NCBI RefSeq assembly: GCF_016432865.1
Contig: NC_067400.1
Coordinates: 577,096,001 to 577,160,000, forward strand
Source of the DNA: Antechinus flavipes
Lineage: Eukaryota
Reading direction: 5' to 3'
Length of the DNA: 64,000 bases
Shown here: positions 1 to 13,576 of the stretch, piece by piece
How positions within the stretch are numbered: the first letter of the stretch is position 1
Layout: every line of letters begins with the position of its first letter
The notes under the pieces: generated by a model
Told to the model about the DNA's origin: nothing
Databases searched by the model: none
The model's input: only the letters and a program-made list of their open reading frames with translations
Position numbers and translations under genes: made by a program

Positions 1-192
1 TTAGCAGCGACAATAAGAGACCGCAGGTCTTGGGATCATTACCTATGACAATCAAAAGAACCACAGCCAAAAATGTAGCCAGCAAAATTATTTATAACCC
101 TGCATGAGAAAAAATGGACATTCAATGAACTTGCAGATTTTCAGGCCTTTCTAGCAACCAAACTCGAACTTAACAGAAAATTTAACATATAA
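1..192 (+). mobile_element. LINE-1 ORF1 C-terminal remnant
   Basis: Frame 1 reads LAATIRDRRSW..*PAKLFITLHEKKWTFNELADFQAFLATKLELNRKFNI* with in-frame stops, resembling the C-terminus of marsupial L1 ORF1p. Confidence 0.8.
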
Positions 193-3100
193 GAGCCAAT
201 ATAAAAGATCAATTTTAAGAAACTTAAAAAAGACAAACTGTTTAAACAGGAGTTATTTGTATTTTGTATATGCGTATATATATATAAAAATACATGATTT
301 ACATCAACAATATGGTAGCTCAAAAGAAAAATTGGCAAAGTTAAGGTAAAAATAGCAATCATGTTATATAAATGAGGTGCAAAGGAAGACTAGACACAGG
401 AATTAGAGAGGAGAGGGCTGGTAGTTCTGAAAACCTACTCACATTGGAAACGGATTCAATAGGTAACACTACATATCAAGAAGGGTAGCTCCTATGTATA
501 CATAAATATATGTTAAATGCAGCTTGCTTGGGAGTGGTGAGGAGGGATAAAAGGAGGAAAAAAAATAAAACAGTTAATAAGGTGAGCAGCAGAGAATGAA
601 AGAACAAGTTATAAGGAAGTAAAGGAAAAAATGATCATTCATGAATATAATTTCTTCTAATATATACTTTCTTGATCTGGTAATTTTGTTATGTATTTTG
701 ATTCCTATTCTGCTGAGCACACAATACTCTCTTTTGTTTTGCTTTGTTTTGTATTTTGTTTCTGTTTTCCTTTTTTTCTTACTGTATCTTTTTCCAAATA
801 AAAAAAAATAAAAAGGGAAAAAGAAAAAGAGAGCAGCTCCCATTATTAACATAGTCATCGCTGACCTAATCAAGAATCTGCATGGAGCCTGTCTGAGGAC
901 CTGTGGAGAAGGATAACTAACTTCCCCAAGGCAGCCCACTCCTCCTCTTCTGAACACTTCAGGAGTTTACTTTCACTCAGCTATGGGGCCTGCTCTTCTG
1001 TCTCTAGCCCAGCTCCATGTACCCTCTTCTGGATTCCTGGTGCCCAGCTCATCATCAGGCAGGCCTGGCCTCTCAATGGCTTCTAATATAGCCTGAGGCT
1101 GCTCTCTAACACCACCCACTCACTCTAACCTAGGAAGCCACTAAGTGCCCCCAGATCTTTTTTTTTTTTTTTTTTCAGATCAAATGGGATCCAGCATTGC
1201 CTCCACCCTAGACTTCTGAGCTCAGAACCCTGAGGCAATTCTCTCCCAACTGACATCATGCTCTCCCTTAATGCCTCCTGGTGGAAGGTAACTGTTCAAG
1301 GCCTTTTTGGAGAAGCACTCTGGGAAAAGTCAGGTCAGCTTGAAGCAGAAAAGAGGTCTTCTCTGACCTGGATGTTAAGCAGAGCTGCTATTTTCTAATC
1401 CTGGTATCTCCCCTACAAGTGTTCCCTACCCACACCCTCCTGGAGAACACGTAGAATTTTACAGCATTGACCATCACTCTCACCAGCTCAGATGACGCCC
1501 CACTCGCCTACATTCTGAAATCAGCACCCATTCCCTTTTGTCCCAGGCCCAGAATGGAAATTCTCTGCTCCCTCTGGCTCAGCAGATAGGCCTGGGGCTT
1601 TCTTCTCATCTTCCATTTGGATCACTAAGTACAAAGCACTGGCCCCATTTCTAATCCAATCCAATCCATGGCTCTTTAGAATCTCTCCAGCATTTCAGCC
1701 ATAACTCTGATCAATTAGAAAAAGGAGCCAGACTTTCATGGGTACATCTCCTCTGACATCTGTGGCCTCCTCAAATGGCACAGACTCAGGGACCGTTAGC
1801 CCAGGGACCCAGGAAAGGACCATTCAAGAAGAGGATCATTAACGAGTCACCAGTCCTTCAATCCATCTGCTAATCTGGCCAACATCACTGGGCAAGAACA
1901 GGGCTGTTTCTCAAGCTCAGGAGGGACAAGCAAGGCTAAGCCAAATAACAAAAAAAAAAACCTTTGGTGGCAGGACGGAGTGGCTAGCTACCTCAGCCAC
2001 CCTGCTGAGGATTTGTCCAGCCCCTCCTTAGAGGGCTCGGCAGGGGCCCTCCACAAGCAAGGCCTCCCGCAGAACTTCAGTCTGACAGATGCTTTTCCCA
2101 AGCCACCTATATCTGAATTTCACACAATCCTGCATGCTACTGCTATCATCTCAGAGATAAGGAAATGGGGGGGCTCGGAGAGGGAAGGCAATTTGGCCAA
2201 TATCATTGGTTTGTGGAGGGCAGCAAATCCATTCCTCAAAACGACACAAAATGTGGGGAACAAAATGGAGTTAGACCCACATTGCAAAGTGACTCAATCT
2301 TTCCAATAAAACACAAATTCACATGTTTTTAAACTGCTTGAAAGAACAAGACAGAGATGGAGCTGTGCTCACCAGATTACTGAACAGAGGGGAAGACATG
2401 TTCACACACCACATTCTGATGAGGGAAGAAGTAATGTTGAACACACAGAATTCAGAAAGACTCAGAAGGACCTGATGCAGCCCAAAGTGAACAGAGCCAG
2501 GAGACGCCAGAACCAGAGTAACAGAAGCAAAGAGCGAGGGGTAGCTGGGCTCCCAAGAGTCTGGCGGGGGGGAGAACAGTCAAGGGAAAGATGAACAAGG
2601 AAATGATGGTGGGGCACAAAAACCTGAGATTTTGGTGCCAATGCAGCAAAACATAAGGACTCTGAATTGAACCAAAACTCTTCTGGACACTTTTCAGAAC
2701 AAGTCCTCTACCTAAGTTTTGTATCTAAATTATATTTGAATTGAGGGAAAACAGATGATATTCATGATGCCAGTTAGAAAGCAAAGCAGGGACGCAGAGT
2801 TCCCCAAGTCCTCCCCCTCAATGCACATAGAAGACAGCCAGGCAAGATTTACCCAAAGTCATCCAGTGAAGAGAAACCCCGCCCGCGGCACAGTGATGGA
2901 GATGGCTGGGGTGACCTGGACACAGAGAATTTCCTGGGGAAAGTGGAGAATGCCTAATGTTCAATATGCTGGACAAAGGAGCCTCGGGAATGCGGGCCTG
3001 TCCTTGAGAGGGCAGTGCCAGAGGCCCAGCATGGCTGTGGGTGACTGGCCCCTGAAGTGGGAACCATTCCTCAGCCCTTGGGATGATGCCTTTGGTTTAT

Positions 3101-4973
3101 TTTGGCAGGACCCCAGAACCCCAGACTTCATGCTGGAAGGAGCCATCAGCTCCTAGCTTCTCATTTCACACACTCAGGCCAAGGAAAAGGAAGGACTTGG
3201 GTGATTCTAAAGCCAAGACTCGGCTCTCTCACAGACTTTCCTAGACAGGTATGAGTGAGGAACCTGGCCTGGAGGGGGAGGGGAAGGGTCAAGCATAAAG
3301 GTCCAAAGCCAGGAGATTGGGCAGAACCCACAAAGCAAGCTGTAAAGTCAAAGTGATTTTGCAGCTTGTTTTGGAGATAAATACTAACACACTGCCTTCA
3401 CATAAGATACGCAACCATTTGTTGAAAACTCCCTCTTCTCCCACCCCCCTCTCACACCAGTCAGTTCCTCACCCCTCACCCTTTCTGCTGGTCATCACCC
3501 TCTCCACAGTGGTGTCCCCAGGCTTTTGAACTCACTCGCTTTCTTCAGAAGCTCTCTTCTTTTTGACCCCTATTACTACCAAAGGCACTGCCATCTTCCA
3601 GGTCCCAGGCCTCCCACCTTCAAATCCTTCATCTCTCCCCAGTTCCTAGATCCAATCTGTTGCCAAGCCTACCTTCATAACACCTCTCAGATACTTCCCC
3701 TTCTCTGACGCTGTCACCACCTTGGGGGAAGGGGAGAGCACTCCTCACTATATACCTGCACTAAGGGGGTGATCTCTCTGCCTCTAGTCTCCCCCATTCC
3801 AGTTCATCCTCCACTCAGCCAGCAAAGTGATTTTTCTAAAGTCCAGGTCTGACTGACAATCTCCACTTCTCTCCCTCTCTTATATACATGTACACATACT
3901 CTTATCCCCTTTTCTAACCTCTACACACACACTTCAGTCAACTCCAGTGGCTCCCTATCAATGCCAAGAGCAAATATAAAATTCTCTTGCTTGGCAATGG
4001 AAGTCCTTCCTAACCTGCCCTCCCCCACCTTCCAACCTTCTTGTATCTGACAGCCACCCCCAAATCGCTGATCCTCTGACTCCAGGCTCTTCCCTAACAC
4101 TCTGCCCTCAACTTGGGGCAATTTGCTTACTCTCTTTCCCTGCATTCATAAGATCCACTCAGCATTCTTTCTCACCAAAATCTCATAGTACTATGTAAGC
4201 TAGTTAATCCAGATGGGGTGAGCCCCCCTCCACAGGGATCTCTATGAAATGCACCACATTTTCTATAAAACTGTTCCTTCCCAAGTGCACAGAATGCCAC
4301 AATAAATGCTCTTGGCTCCTTACTACTTGTTCATGATTCTTCCCTGGGCCTCATCTGTAAAGGGAAGAGGCTGGCCTGGAGGGGATTTCCGAGCCTTCCT
4401 GGATGGGGGGCTGGTGTGCTCTGCAATGAACCTGGAGCTTCTGTCCACACCTCAGTTTCCTCATCAGTAAAATAGAAGGGTTGCTGAAGAGAGAGAAAGA
4501 TTCTGGGCAGAAACTGACATGTAGAGGAGCCCACAATTATCTGACTATGCAGTCACTTTCCACTATGAGTTACTAATGAGGAACCAAGAGTTACAAAGAG
4601 ATCTCCAATATGAGAAAGCTCATTCTAAAGTTACAAAACCCAGAAGAGATGAAATGTAAAACTGCTGCCACTGGGAGTCAAAAGGCCCCTTGGGGTCTCT
4701 GCAGACTTCTCCTCTTACTGCTTTGCACCACTGAGGTCCTATATAAAATTCTTATGGTCAACCTATATACTCTGACCAGAACAGGGCTGGCCATGCCATC
4801 CTCAATAGCTCACTAAGCAGTAATGGCAATGGAGATAACATCTATCAAATGAAACTCCTTCCCAAACAGGAGGATGCTGCTCAGGGCCCCAGAAAGTCCC
4901 TGAGGCAAGTCCACAGAAGAATCCATTTCTGAGCCCTGGACCCCAAGAGGGGAGCCAAAGCCCGACACCTCAC

Positions 4974-5051
4974 CTTTTCAGCCATCCCTTCCTCGCCACC
5001 AATGAAGAAGTCCGTTTTGCGTCGCAGGAAGCTGAAGAAGGTGTTGACAAG
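4974..5051 (-). CDS. NUDC: NudC nuclear distribution protein, coding exon 2
   Basis: Minus strand: ctttgtgtcttccag|CTTGTC...GAAAAG|gtgag. The 78 nt encode [26 protein letters not shown], matching recalled mammalian NUDC. Exon 3 not found in the window. Confidence 0.97.
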
Positions 5052-5959
5052 CTGGAAGACACAAAGAGAGATGAGGGCCCAGGCTAAACAGCCAAAACTA
5101 TTCTAAATGCTTTCTAGTTATTTGTGGCCCATCAAGCAACCTTGCTAGAACACTGTCTTCCTTCCTTCCTTCCAATCCTTGCTCAAACCTCCTCTTGGAA
5201 CCTTTTTTCTGGACCTGAATCAAGACACAATCCCTGCTTAGGCCCTTACAACCAGCCCTCTCCTCTGCAGAACCAGATAGCATGTTTTATAATACCGTTC
5301 ATCTATTCTGTCCCCAATGGCAACGAAAGCAGGGTCCCCTTTAGGTGATTCCTTTTTATAGAGATGGAACTCTCTCTCCCACTCACCCAAAATAAGGAAA
5401 AAAACTTCCCAGCCATGTTAGTCTGGGGTATCTATGCAAGAGTGGGAGTGAAGGTCAAGGGAACAATGAAACCTGTGGGAGGACAAAGAGAACTAGGAAT
5501 AGTGGCAGGGAAAGCAAGAGAGGAGTCCAGGCAAAGAGTGAGGGGGAAGGGGAGGCACGTAGGAGTAAAAGAAGGACGAAGTTTGGAGGAGAAATATGGG
5601 GAATCATGAACGGGCTGGAGGAACAGTGGAGGCAAATCCAGAGAGATTTACGGCAGTTGGGAGTATCAGCCTGGGGAAGAGACCCCGAGGAGAGCCCTGA
5701 GGATTAGAATGGGGAAGGGGAGAGACCTGGAAGGGATCAAGATGGGGAAGCAGAGAGATCAGGGAATCAGGGATGGGAATGAGAGAAGTGGGGGAGGGGG
5801 AAGGGGAAGGAAAGCCTTGGAAACCAGGATAAAAAACAAGCATGGGACACTGAAAAACACTGGGGGGAGAGGAGCTTGAAAGTGAAAATCGGGATGGTAA
5901 AGGAAGGGGGACAGGAAACGGGGGTGGGAGCGCTGGAGACCAGGATTAGGAGCAAAGGG

Positions 5960-6520
5960 AGGTGGAAAAGGGAAAAGGGAGATCTGGGGAGTAGTGCGGA
6001 ACAAGAGCTGGAGCAGGCCACAGCGGGGGGCCCTGACCTCCGCGAGCAGCCCTGGCACGTGGGGGGAGGTCGGTCCCTCCCTCTCCCGCCGGGCCCCGTT
6101 ACCTCCTGCACACCGCCCTCGTGCTGCTGGGCCATGGCCAGCAACATGCCGTCGAAGCGCTCCTCTTCCTGCTCCCCGCCCATCTTGCCGGCCCCTCGCC
6201 TCAGCCGCTCGCACTGACCCCGATTTCGGCCCCACTCCCACTCCCGGGGCCGCTCCAACGGTTCCCTGCGGCCACCTCCACCTCCGCCTTCCTTCCGCAG
6301 TCGAACCGGAAACAGAGCCGCCGCCGCGCAGCCTCAGACTCGCCGAACTCGGCGTTCCTCAACCCGCCTCGCCGCTCTCTACCAATGGCTGCGCGAGAAG
6401 CTAGCTTCTCCGCCCTAAGATTGGCTATCCCGGCGTCCAATAGACGATAACATCCGGACACGAGGGGAGGAGCTGAATCAGACCGGTTGTTTGGCTGTGT
6501 TGCTATGGTTACCAGGTGCC
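5960..6520 (-). promoter_or_regulatory. NUDC: NUDC CpG-island promoter with three CCAAT boxes and an RFX X-box
   Basis: High CpG density; CCAAT/ATTGG at 6382, 6420 and 6437; GTTGCTATGGTTAC at 6499-6512. Confidence 0.8.
6103..6183 (-). CDS. NUDC: NudC nuclear distribution protein, coding exon 1
   Basis: ATG at 6183, 81 nt encoding MGGEQEEERFDGMLLAMAQQHEGGVQE, followed by a GTAAC donor; lies in a CpG island. Confidence 0.97.
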
Positions 6521-6999
6521 CTCGAGCTTTCCAGAAAACTCTAGACAGAAGATGAAAGGGTTAGCCTTTACTCTGCCCTTCTCTATCATCCTCGCTAGTG
6601 AACTCCCTAGTTCCTAAATTCAGAGCCCAGAAAAGGGCGTCTGTACCCCTTGCTTCCTTTTCATCAGAGTCCACTTCTTAACCCAATGCATTGAATCCTA
6701 ATTAGGTTCTTTCCAGTTAGTTACTGGGGCTCTCTTTGTAACTCCTGGCTCCTCATTAGTGACCCATGAGCGGAGAGGGACGGCACAGTCAGTCAGCTTG
6801 ACCAGAAGCTTCCTCTCTCTTCAGCGTGGAAGCCCGTGTCCTCTCTCCTGAAGGTGGAAGCAAAATCAGACTCTCTCTTCTTCAGACTCGCCCCCAATCC
6901 ACTTCTTATGGCGCGAGGAGCCCAAGAACTCAGTCCCCGCACCATGGAAATCGTCTCATGTGAATAGCTCGCAACCAAGGGTTATAGGTCTTTTTTTTT

Positions 7000-8090
7000 T
7001 TTTTTTAATTTCCTCCAATTACATGTAAAACAACTTTAAAAAATTATACATGCACTTTCATTTTTTATATATTTCCTTATGAGTCGTGCTGGGAGAAAAA
7101 AATCAGAACCCAAGAGGAAAATCATGAGAAAAAAAAAAAAAGTGAACATAATATATGTTGATTTACATCCAGTCTCCATAAATTCTCTGGATTCAGAGAG
7201 CATTTTCCACCCAAAAGTTCATTGGGATTGCCTTGGATCGCTAAATCTTTGAGATTTCATAGCTGATGACCATACAATCTTGCTGATGCTGTGCAATGTT
7301 TTCCTGATTCTGCTTGTTTCACTCAGCATAAATTTATTTAAGTCTTTCCAGGACTTCCTTATCACTTCTTACAGCACAATCATATTCCATCACTTTCACA
7401 TACCAGAACTTATTCAGCCATTTCCAGTGGATGGGCAGCTCCTCATTTTCCAATTCTTTGCCACTACAAAAAGAACTGCTACAAACATTTTTGCACATAT
7501 GGGGTCTTTTCCCTTTTTTATGATTTCTTTGGTATACAGACCCAGTACTGGCCCTGCTGTAGTAAAGGATAGGCACAGTTTTATAGCCTTTTGGGCATAG
7601 TTCTGAACTGCTCTCCAGAATGGTTAGATCAGTTCACAATTGCACCAATAATGCATTAGTGTCCTAGTCTTTCCACATCCCCTTCAACATTTATCATTAT
7701 CTTTTCCTGTCATTTTAGCCAATCTGCTAGGTTGAGGTGGTGTCTTAGAATTGTTTTAATTTGCATTTCTCTAATCAATATTGATTTAGAGCATTTTTTT
7801 CTCATGACTATAGATGGCTTTAATTTCTTCATCTGAAAATTGTTCATATTCTTTGACCATTTATCAATTGGAGAATGACTTGTATTCTTATAAATCTGAC
7901 TCTGTTCTCTGTATATTTGAGAAATGAGGCCTTTATTAGAAACATTGATTTAAAAAAATTTTTTTTCCCTAGCTTTCTGCTTTCCTTCTAATCTTGGCTG
8001 CGTTGTTTTGTGCAAAAACTTTAAATTTAATGTGATCAAAGTTAGCCATTTTGCATTTCATAGTGTTCTTCAGTTCTTTGGCCTGAAGTT
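7000..8090 (-). mobile_element. Older LINE-1, ORF2 3' end plus 3' UTR
   Basis: Degenerate ORF2 C-terminus (ORF 7334-7576: ...WLNKFWYVKVMEYDCAVR) and upstream ORF2 remnants; T-tract at the left end. Confidence 0.85.
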
Positions 8091-8516
8091 CCTCCAAGAG
8101 TGATATCTTAATTGCTGAATCCTATAGTCTCATCTCAGTCTCCATTCTTTTTTATCTTTCAGCAGCTTTTGATTCTATTTACCACCCTACTCTGAGTGCT
8201 CCTTCCTCCCTTGACTATGTGACTGCTATCTCCTGGTAATGAAACCTACCTTTAAGGAAGCATCAAGGAATAGGATCAAGAACATTTTGTATTAACATAC
8301 TACATAGTTGGGACTTGACCTTGAAAGTGGGACCCAAGAAGCCCAAAGGGCTATAAAACTGTGACTATCCTTTACTACAGCAGGGCCAGTACTGGGTCTG
8401 TATACCAAAGAAATCATATTATACTAAGGTTCCTAAGAGGATGACATTTTGCCAGAACCATCCCTCTGTGCTATCCAATGAAAGAAAAGATAGTCAGCTT
8501 TCAGAATTTACCTTGG

Positions 8517-8737
8517 AGAACTGTTCGGTTCTGCAAACATATATTGTATCTAGGATATACTGCAACATATCCAACATATAAAGGACTGCTTGCCATCTAG
8601 GGGAGGGGGTGGAGGGAGGGAGGGGAAAAAAAATCGGAACAGAAACGAGTGCAAGGGATAATGTTGTAAAAAAAAAATTACCCTGGCATGGATTCTGTCA
8701 ATATAAAGTAATTATTAAATAAAAATTTTAAAAAAAA
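8517..8737 (+). mobile_element. Young 5'-truncated L1 3' end with TSD
   Basis: L1 3'-UTR with G-rich tract and poly(A), flanked by a 14-bp TSD AGAATTTACCTTGG (8503-8516 and 8738-8751). Confidence 0.9.
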
Positions 8738-9069
8738 AGAATTTACCTTGGGATAATCCCCAGTCACTGAGATCTAAACAGGAATTGTCCTTTGTCCTTT
8801 TCATATCCCCATGTTGTTGGAAAATGAGTAAATAGAGGCCCATTAATTGGGGAATGGCTGAACAAGTTGTGGTATATGAAGGTAATGAAATATTTTTGTT
8901 TTATAAAAAATGAAGAACAAGCTGGTTTTAGAAAAGCCTGAAAACATTTACATCAACTGAGCTGAGCAAAATTTTTTGTTATCTCTCCCATGGTTTTTCC
9001 CTTTTATTCTGATTTTTCTCTCCCCAAATGATTCATAAAGCAATGTGTGTTAATTTTTTTAAAAGGAAC

Positions 9070-9620
9070 ATATCCCCATGTTATTGTTTGAAGAGGACCA
9101 ATGACATCACAGAGTGGTGTCTTGACTGACATGTGATTGGACATAAGCAAGACAAAGTTGTACAAAATCATCAGCCTCACTCTTCCTTACAGAGTCATCA
9201 AAGTCCAGTGACAAAGTCAATACAGCTGGCTCTGTCCCAGGATGCAGAAGGTGACCTTGACATCTTTGATGTCTGACCAAGCCCTAAATGCTTCACTGCA
9301 CCTGTTTCTGCACCTTCATGATCACTGGAACAAATTGTTCTCATTTTTCCACTGGGGGGAAGTCTTCACATGCTTGAGGTAGACATCCCCAAATTCAACA
9401 ATGGGTTTGAGGCCTCTGGGTTACCTATAACCTGATTTGGCCCATCTGCCACAGTTTATTGGGCTTGTCTGCTATTCATGAATCAGCTTCTTGGAGCCAT
9501 TGGTGGGAGTTGAGTGAAAGCTAAACACCAAAGGTAGATGAACAACCCTGAAAAGGTTCAGCAAACCTTCCCACCAGAGATGCTAGTCCTCCCAAAACAC
9601 CCCATATAGTCCATAGATAT
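9070..9620. mobile_element. Probable RTE-derived interspersed repeat fragment
   Basis: Begins gttattgtttgaagaggaccaatgacatca, similar to the RTE terminus at 30360; family assignment uncertain. Confidence 0.4.
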
Positions 9621-10574
9621 CTATCCTCTGTAGGAAAAGGTCAATGAGTGAATGAAGAAATGAATTACTAAAGCAGTACCAAGTGGTTATGGTATGCAAA
9701 GCACTGATGATACAAATGAAAAAAGTAAGATGGCCCTTGCTTTCAAAGGAGCTCCCATTCTAATGGACAAACAAAAGTTCTAAGCAAAGCCATATTGGTA
9801 AATTCACCACATCGAACAGAAACTAAGGGCCCTAAAAAGCTACGTGATTTCATAGCATAATAAATCTAGAGTTGGAAAGGACTTCGGGGTTCATCTAGTC
9901 AAACTCATTTATTTTTTTGAAGAGGAAACTGAGACTTAGAAAGAAGTGAAGTGATTTACTCAGATCAGCTTAGATGGAGTCACCCACTTGGAAGACTCTG
10001 AGAGACAGAAGAACTGGTACCTTTGTGGACATTTTGTATTAACGCACTACCTAGTTTGGATCCCCTTAATCTTCAGAGTGGGACCAGAACAGCAAACTCA
10101 TATCACATTAAGGTTCCTAAGAGGATGACATTTTCCCAGAACCATCCTTTTGGGCTATCCTATGAGAGAAAAGATAGCTCTCAGGATTTTTGTTTTTAAC
10201 TTTATCTCTTTCAACTTATTTCCTGAGTATAGAGAGAAGGGTAAAAGAGCACATGGGGAGTTGCACAGTCTTGTCCACAGTTTTATGAGTGGATTGTCTC
10301 AGCAGTTGAGGCATAAGTGGAGTGGCAAGAATTCCTGCTGAAGCAAATCGTGAAGGCAAACATTTATTTGTCTATGTCTAGAGGTCATGTAAAATGTTTC
10401 CAGATCTCCAATCTTCTGTACAGAGTAGAAGAGGAGGGAACTTGACAGCCCAGGCAGAAGATGGTCTTGTCCTTCCCCTGCCCCAAAATAAACTGCTTTC
10501 AGGATAAAGTCCATCCTAACAGAAGTGGATTCTCTCTTTTTTTTTTTTTTTTTTGCTTTCAAAAAGCATCAATT

Positions 10575-11230
10575 CTTTTATTTTTAAATTATAGCTTTTT
10601 ATTGACAGAATATATGCACGGGTAATTTTTACATTGTCGCTTGCACTCACTTCTGTTCCAACTTTTCTCTTCCCTCCCTCCACACCCTCCTCTAGATGGC
10701 AGGCAGTCTCATACATGTTAAACATGTATCTTAGATACAATATATGTATGCAGAACCAAACAGTTCTCTTGTTGCACAGGAAGAATTGGATTCAGAAGGT
10801 AAAAATAACCAGGGAAGAAAAACAAAAATGCAAGCAGTTTACATTCATTTCCCAGTGTTCTTTCTTTGGGTGTAGCTGCTTCTGTCCATCCTTGATCAAT
10901 TGGAACTGAGTTAGATCTTCTCTTAGTCGAAGACATCCACGTCCATCAGTACTCCAATACTGTATTCCAACAGTATTGTTGTTGAAGTGTAAAATGATCT
11001 CCTGGTTCTGCTCATTTCACTCAGCATCAGTTCATGTAAGTCTTGCCAGTCCTCTCTGTATTCATCCTGCTGGTCATTTCTTACAGAACAATAATATTCC
11101 ATAACATTCATATACCATAACTTATTCAGCCATTCCCCAATTGATGGGCATCCATTCAATTTCCAGTTTCTGGCCACCACAAAAAGGCTGCCACAAACAT
11201 TTTGGCACATGTGGGTCCCTTTCCCCAGAA
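10575..11230 (-). mobile_element. Young LINE-1, ORF2 C-terminus plus 3' UTR
   Basis: ORF 10923-11210 contains LFVVARNWKLNGCPSIGEWLNKLWYMNVMEYYCSVRNDQQDEYRE..LHELMLSEMSRTRRS, the L1 ORF2 end. Confidence 0.92.
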
Positions 11231-13212
11231 GTGGAAGCTTAATGTGTTTTGAAGCATCAATAGGGTTCAGGTAGGCTGAGGAGAGGAGGAAGGCAGTTAT
11301 TGGATGAGTGCTAATATTGTCATTCTGGTGTTTGGTAAGAAGAACCTACGTGTATAGAGATGGATAATTCTCAGAGATATGTAAAGAAAGCCTGACAGAA
11401 CAGGTAACAGATTGGATGTGCTCAGTGAAGGAGAAGGAAGGGTCCCAGCCTTTCAACTTGAGTGGCTGGAAAGTACCATTAGCAGCAATGTGGAAATGGG
11501 CAACATGGTTTGGGAAGGTTCTCCATGATTGTAGGCCCTCAGAAAGGGTCCTCTTTCTCCAAGGGAATAGTAGAGTCACAGGATCATAGATTGGAAAGGA
11601 CCCAAGACCAGGAAAGGACCCAGATCCAACCCTTTAATTTTATAGATGAAGAACTGAAGCATAGAGAGGCTAAGTGATTTCATAGAATCATAAATCTAGA
11701 GCTATAAGGAACTTCTGAGACCATATACTCAAGCCTACTTTTTTGTCAGATGAAAAAACTGAAGTTTAGAGAACTAGAGTAATTTGCCCAGTCCCAAAAG
11801 CAGAGCCAAGAATTTGAACCCAAGTTCTCTGTCTCCCCATATAGCACTTCTTAGGTAATGAGGTATAGTGGCATTAGGGGATCTGGGTTCTTGATTGTGT
11901 CTGAATACAGTTTAAAGAATACTTTTTTAAAAAACTTTATTTTTTTTGGAAGGTTTTTTTTTTTTTTGGTGTGAGGGGGAAATCTATCTTTTCTTTTGAA
12001 ACGACTCTTATGGAAATGCTTTGCATAATTTTAGATGTGCCTTCTCATTGGGAGTGGAGTGGGGAGGAAAGGAGAGAATCTGGAACTCAAAGTTTCAAAA
12101 ACAAATGTAAAAAAATGTTTTAAATGTAACTGGGGAAATAAAAATATTTTTAAAAAGAGATCTGGGTTTTAAAGCTATCTCAGAAACTTGTCAAGGGAAA
12201 AACCACTTGATCTTTTTGACCTCAACAAGCATTTATCCAGTGGTTACTATGTGTAAGGCAGTGTATGCTAAACCCCTGAGAACCTAAAGGAAGACAAAAA
12301 CAAGCTCTTTGCTCTCAAGGATATATATTCTAATAGAAGAGAAAACATGCAAATAACCAGGTATAAACAAGATATACAATGTGTAAATAGAAGGTATAAA
12401 GAGGATTGTAAAAACAGAGATAGTCCAGGCTTCCTGTGGGTGCAGCTCTGGGCCATCTGCTTACTTGGGTGGCTTTCCCTGGCTGTCTATATTTGAATTC
12501 TCTGCTCTGTTTGCCTCTTGTTTTTTCCTTCCCAAATCCTCATCTCCACAATCACTTAGAGACAAATCTAACATCAGCATCAAAGCCTTTTGGCTTTGTT
12601 ATCTACAGGTAACTTCAGAAGGAGGAGAGGGATCAGTTTCCTCTTTGGGGCTATGAACAAGAATTGCTGCCTTTCTGATCCTCCAGTTTAAATGCCCTAC
12701 CTTGCTGATTGTGACAACAGGCTGAGATGAAAGATTCCAAGAGGTCATTTCCCTGAAAGCACTCATTCATTCACCATATGCTTTATTAAACACCTGTTGT
12801 GTTTTAGGCATCAGATCTGGTGGGGAGGGGAGGGTTAAAGAGGGTCAGGGGAAGTACAAAGAAGATTAAGAAGTGCCTCTGTCCCCAAGGAAATCAAACC
12901 TAGGAGGAAAGATTAGAAAAGTACACAGATAAAAATAATAAAAATTAAAATTTGATAAGTACAGAGCAGAAGTACAAAGTGCTAAGAGATTAGATGAGGA
13001 ATCAGATGGGGATTCTTTTGATATGAAATCAGGGATCTTTTGATGTAAGAGCTGGCACACAGAACCATCTGGAGCATTTGGCCCATTAGAAAAGCAGAGT
13101 TTGGAAAAGAAATGGGAGAGGAAACCCTAACCCAGCCAGAGGAGAAGGAACCCCAGTCAGGCCGCAGGAGAATTAAACTATTTCCAGATATTCTCTGGAT
13201 AACCTAATTTTT

Positions 13213-13576
13213 TTAATTAAAGCTTTTTATTTACAAAACATATGCATGGGTAATTTTTCATACTGACTCTTGCAAAACCTTCTGTTTCCACTTTTCCTCT
13301 CCTTCCCCCCCAAAGGGTAGGCAGTCTCATACATGTTAAATATGCTAAAATATGTATTAAGTATATATATGTATGTATGTATGTAAAGATATTTACACAG
13401 TTACACAGCTGTACAAGAAAAATTGAATCAAGAAGGAAAAAACCTAAGAAAGAAAACAAAATGCAAGCAAACAACAACAGAAAGAGTGAAAATGCTATGT
13501 TGTAGTCCACACTCAGTCCCATGGGCCTCTCTTTGGGTGTAGATGGCTCTCTTCATCACTGAACAATTGGAACTGA
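13213..13576 (-). mobile_element. Truncated L1 3' UTR with TSD
   Basis: L1 3'-UTR flanked by ATAACCTAATTTTT at 13199-13212 and 13577-13590. Confidence 0.85.

Noticed and set aside
200-4973. NUDC exon 3 within the window
   Set aside because: No LITQTF/QIKELTDEEAERLQ-like peptide found on the minus strand; intron 2 extends past position 1.
5759-6461. Multiple long overlapping ORFs at the NUDC start, including a 25-aa N-terminal extension
   Set aside because: These are GC-rich stop-poor artefacts. The extension depends on a non-ATG start, and homology begins at MGGEQ (6183).
10564-11261. AAGCATCAAT as the TSD of the L1 at 10.6-11.2 kb
   Set aside because: Only 10 bp, and about 25 nt of unexplained sequence separates it from the L1 5' end, so it is not asserted.
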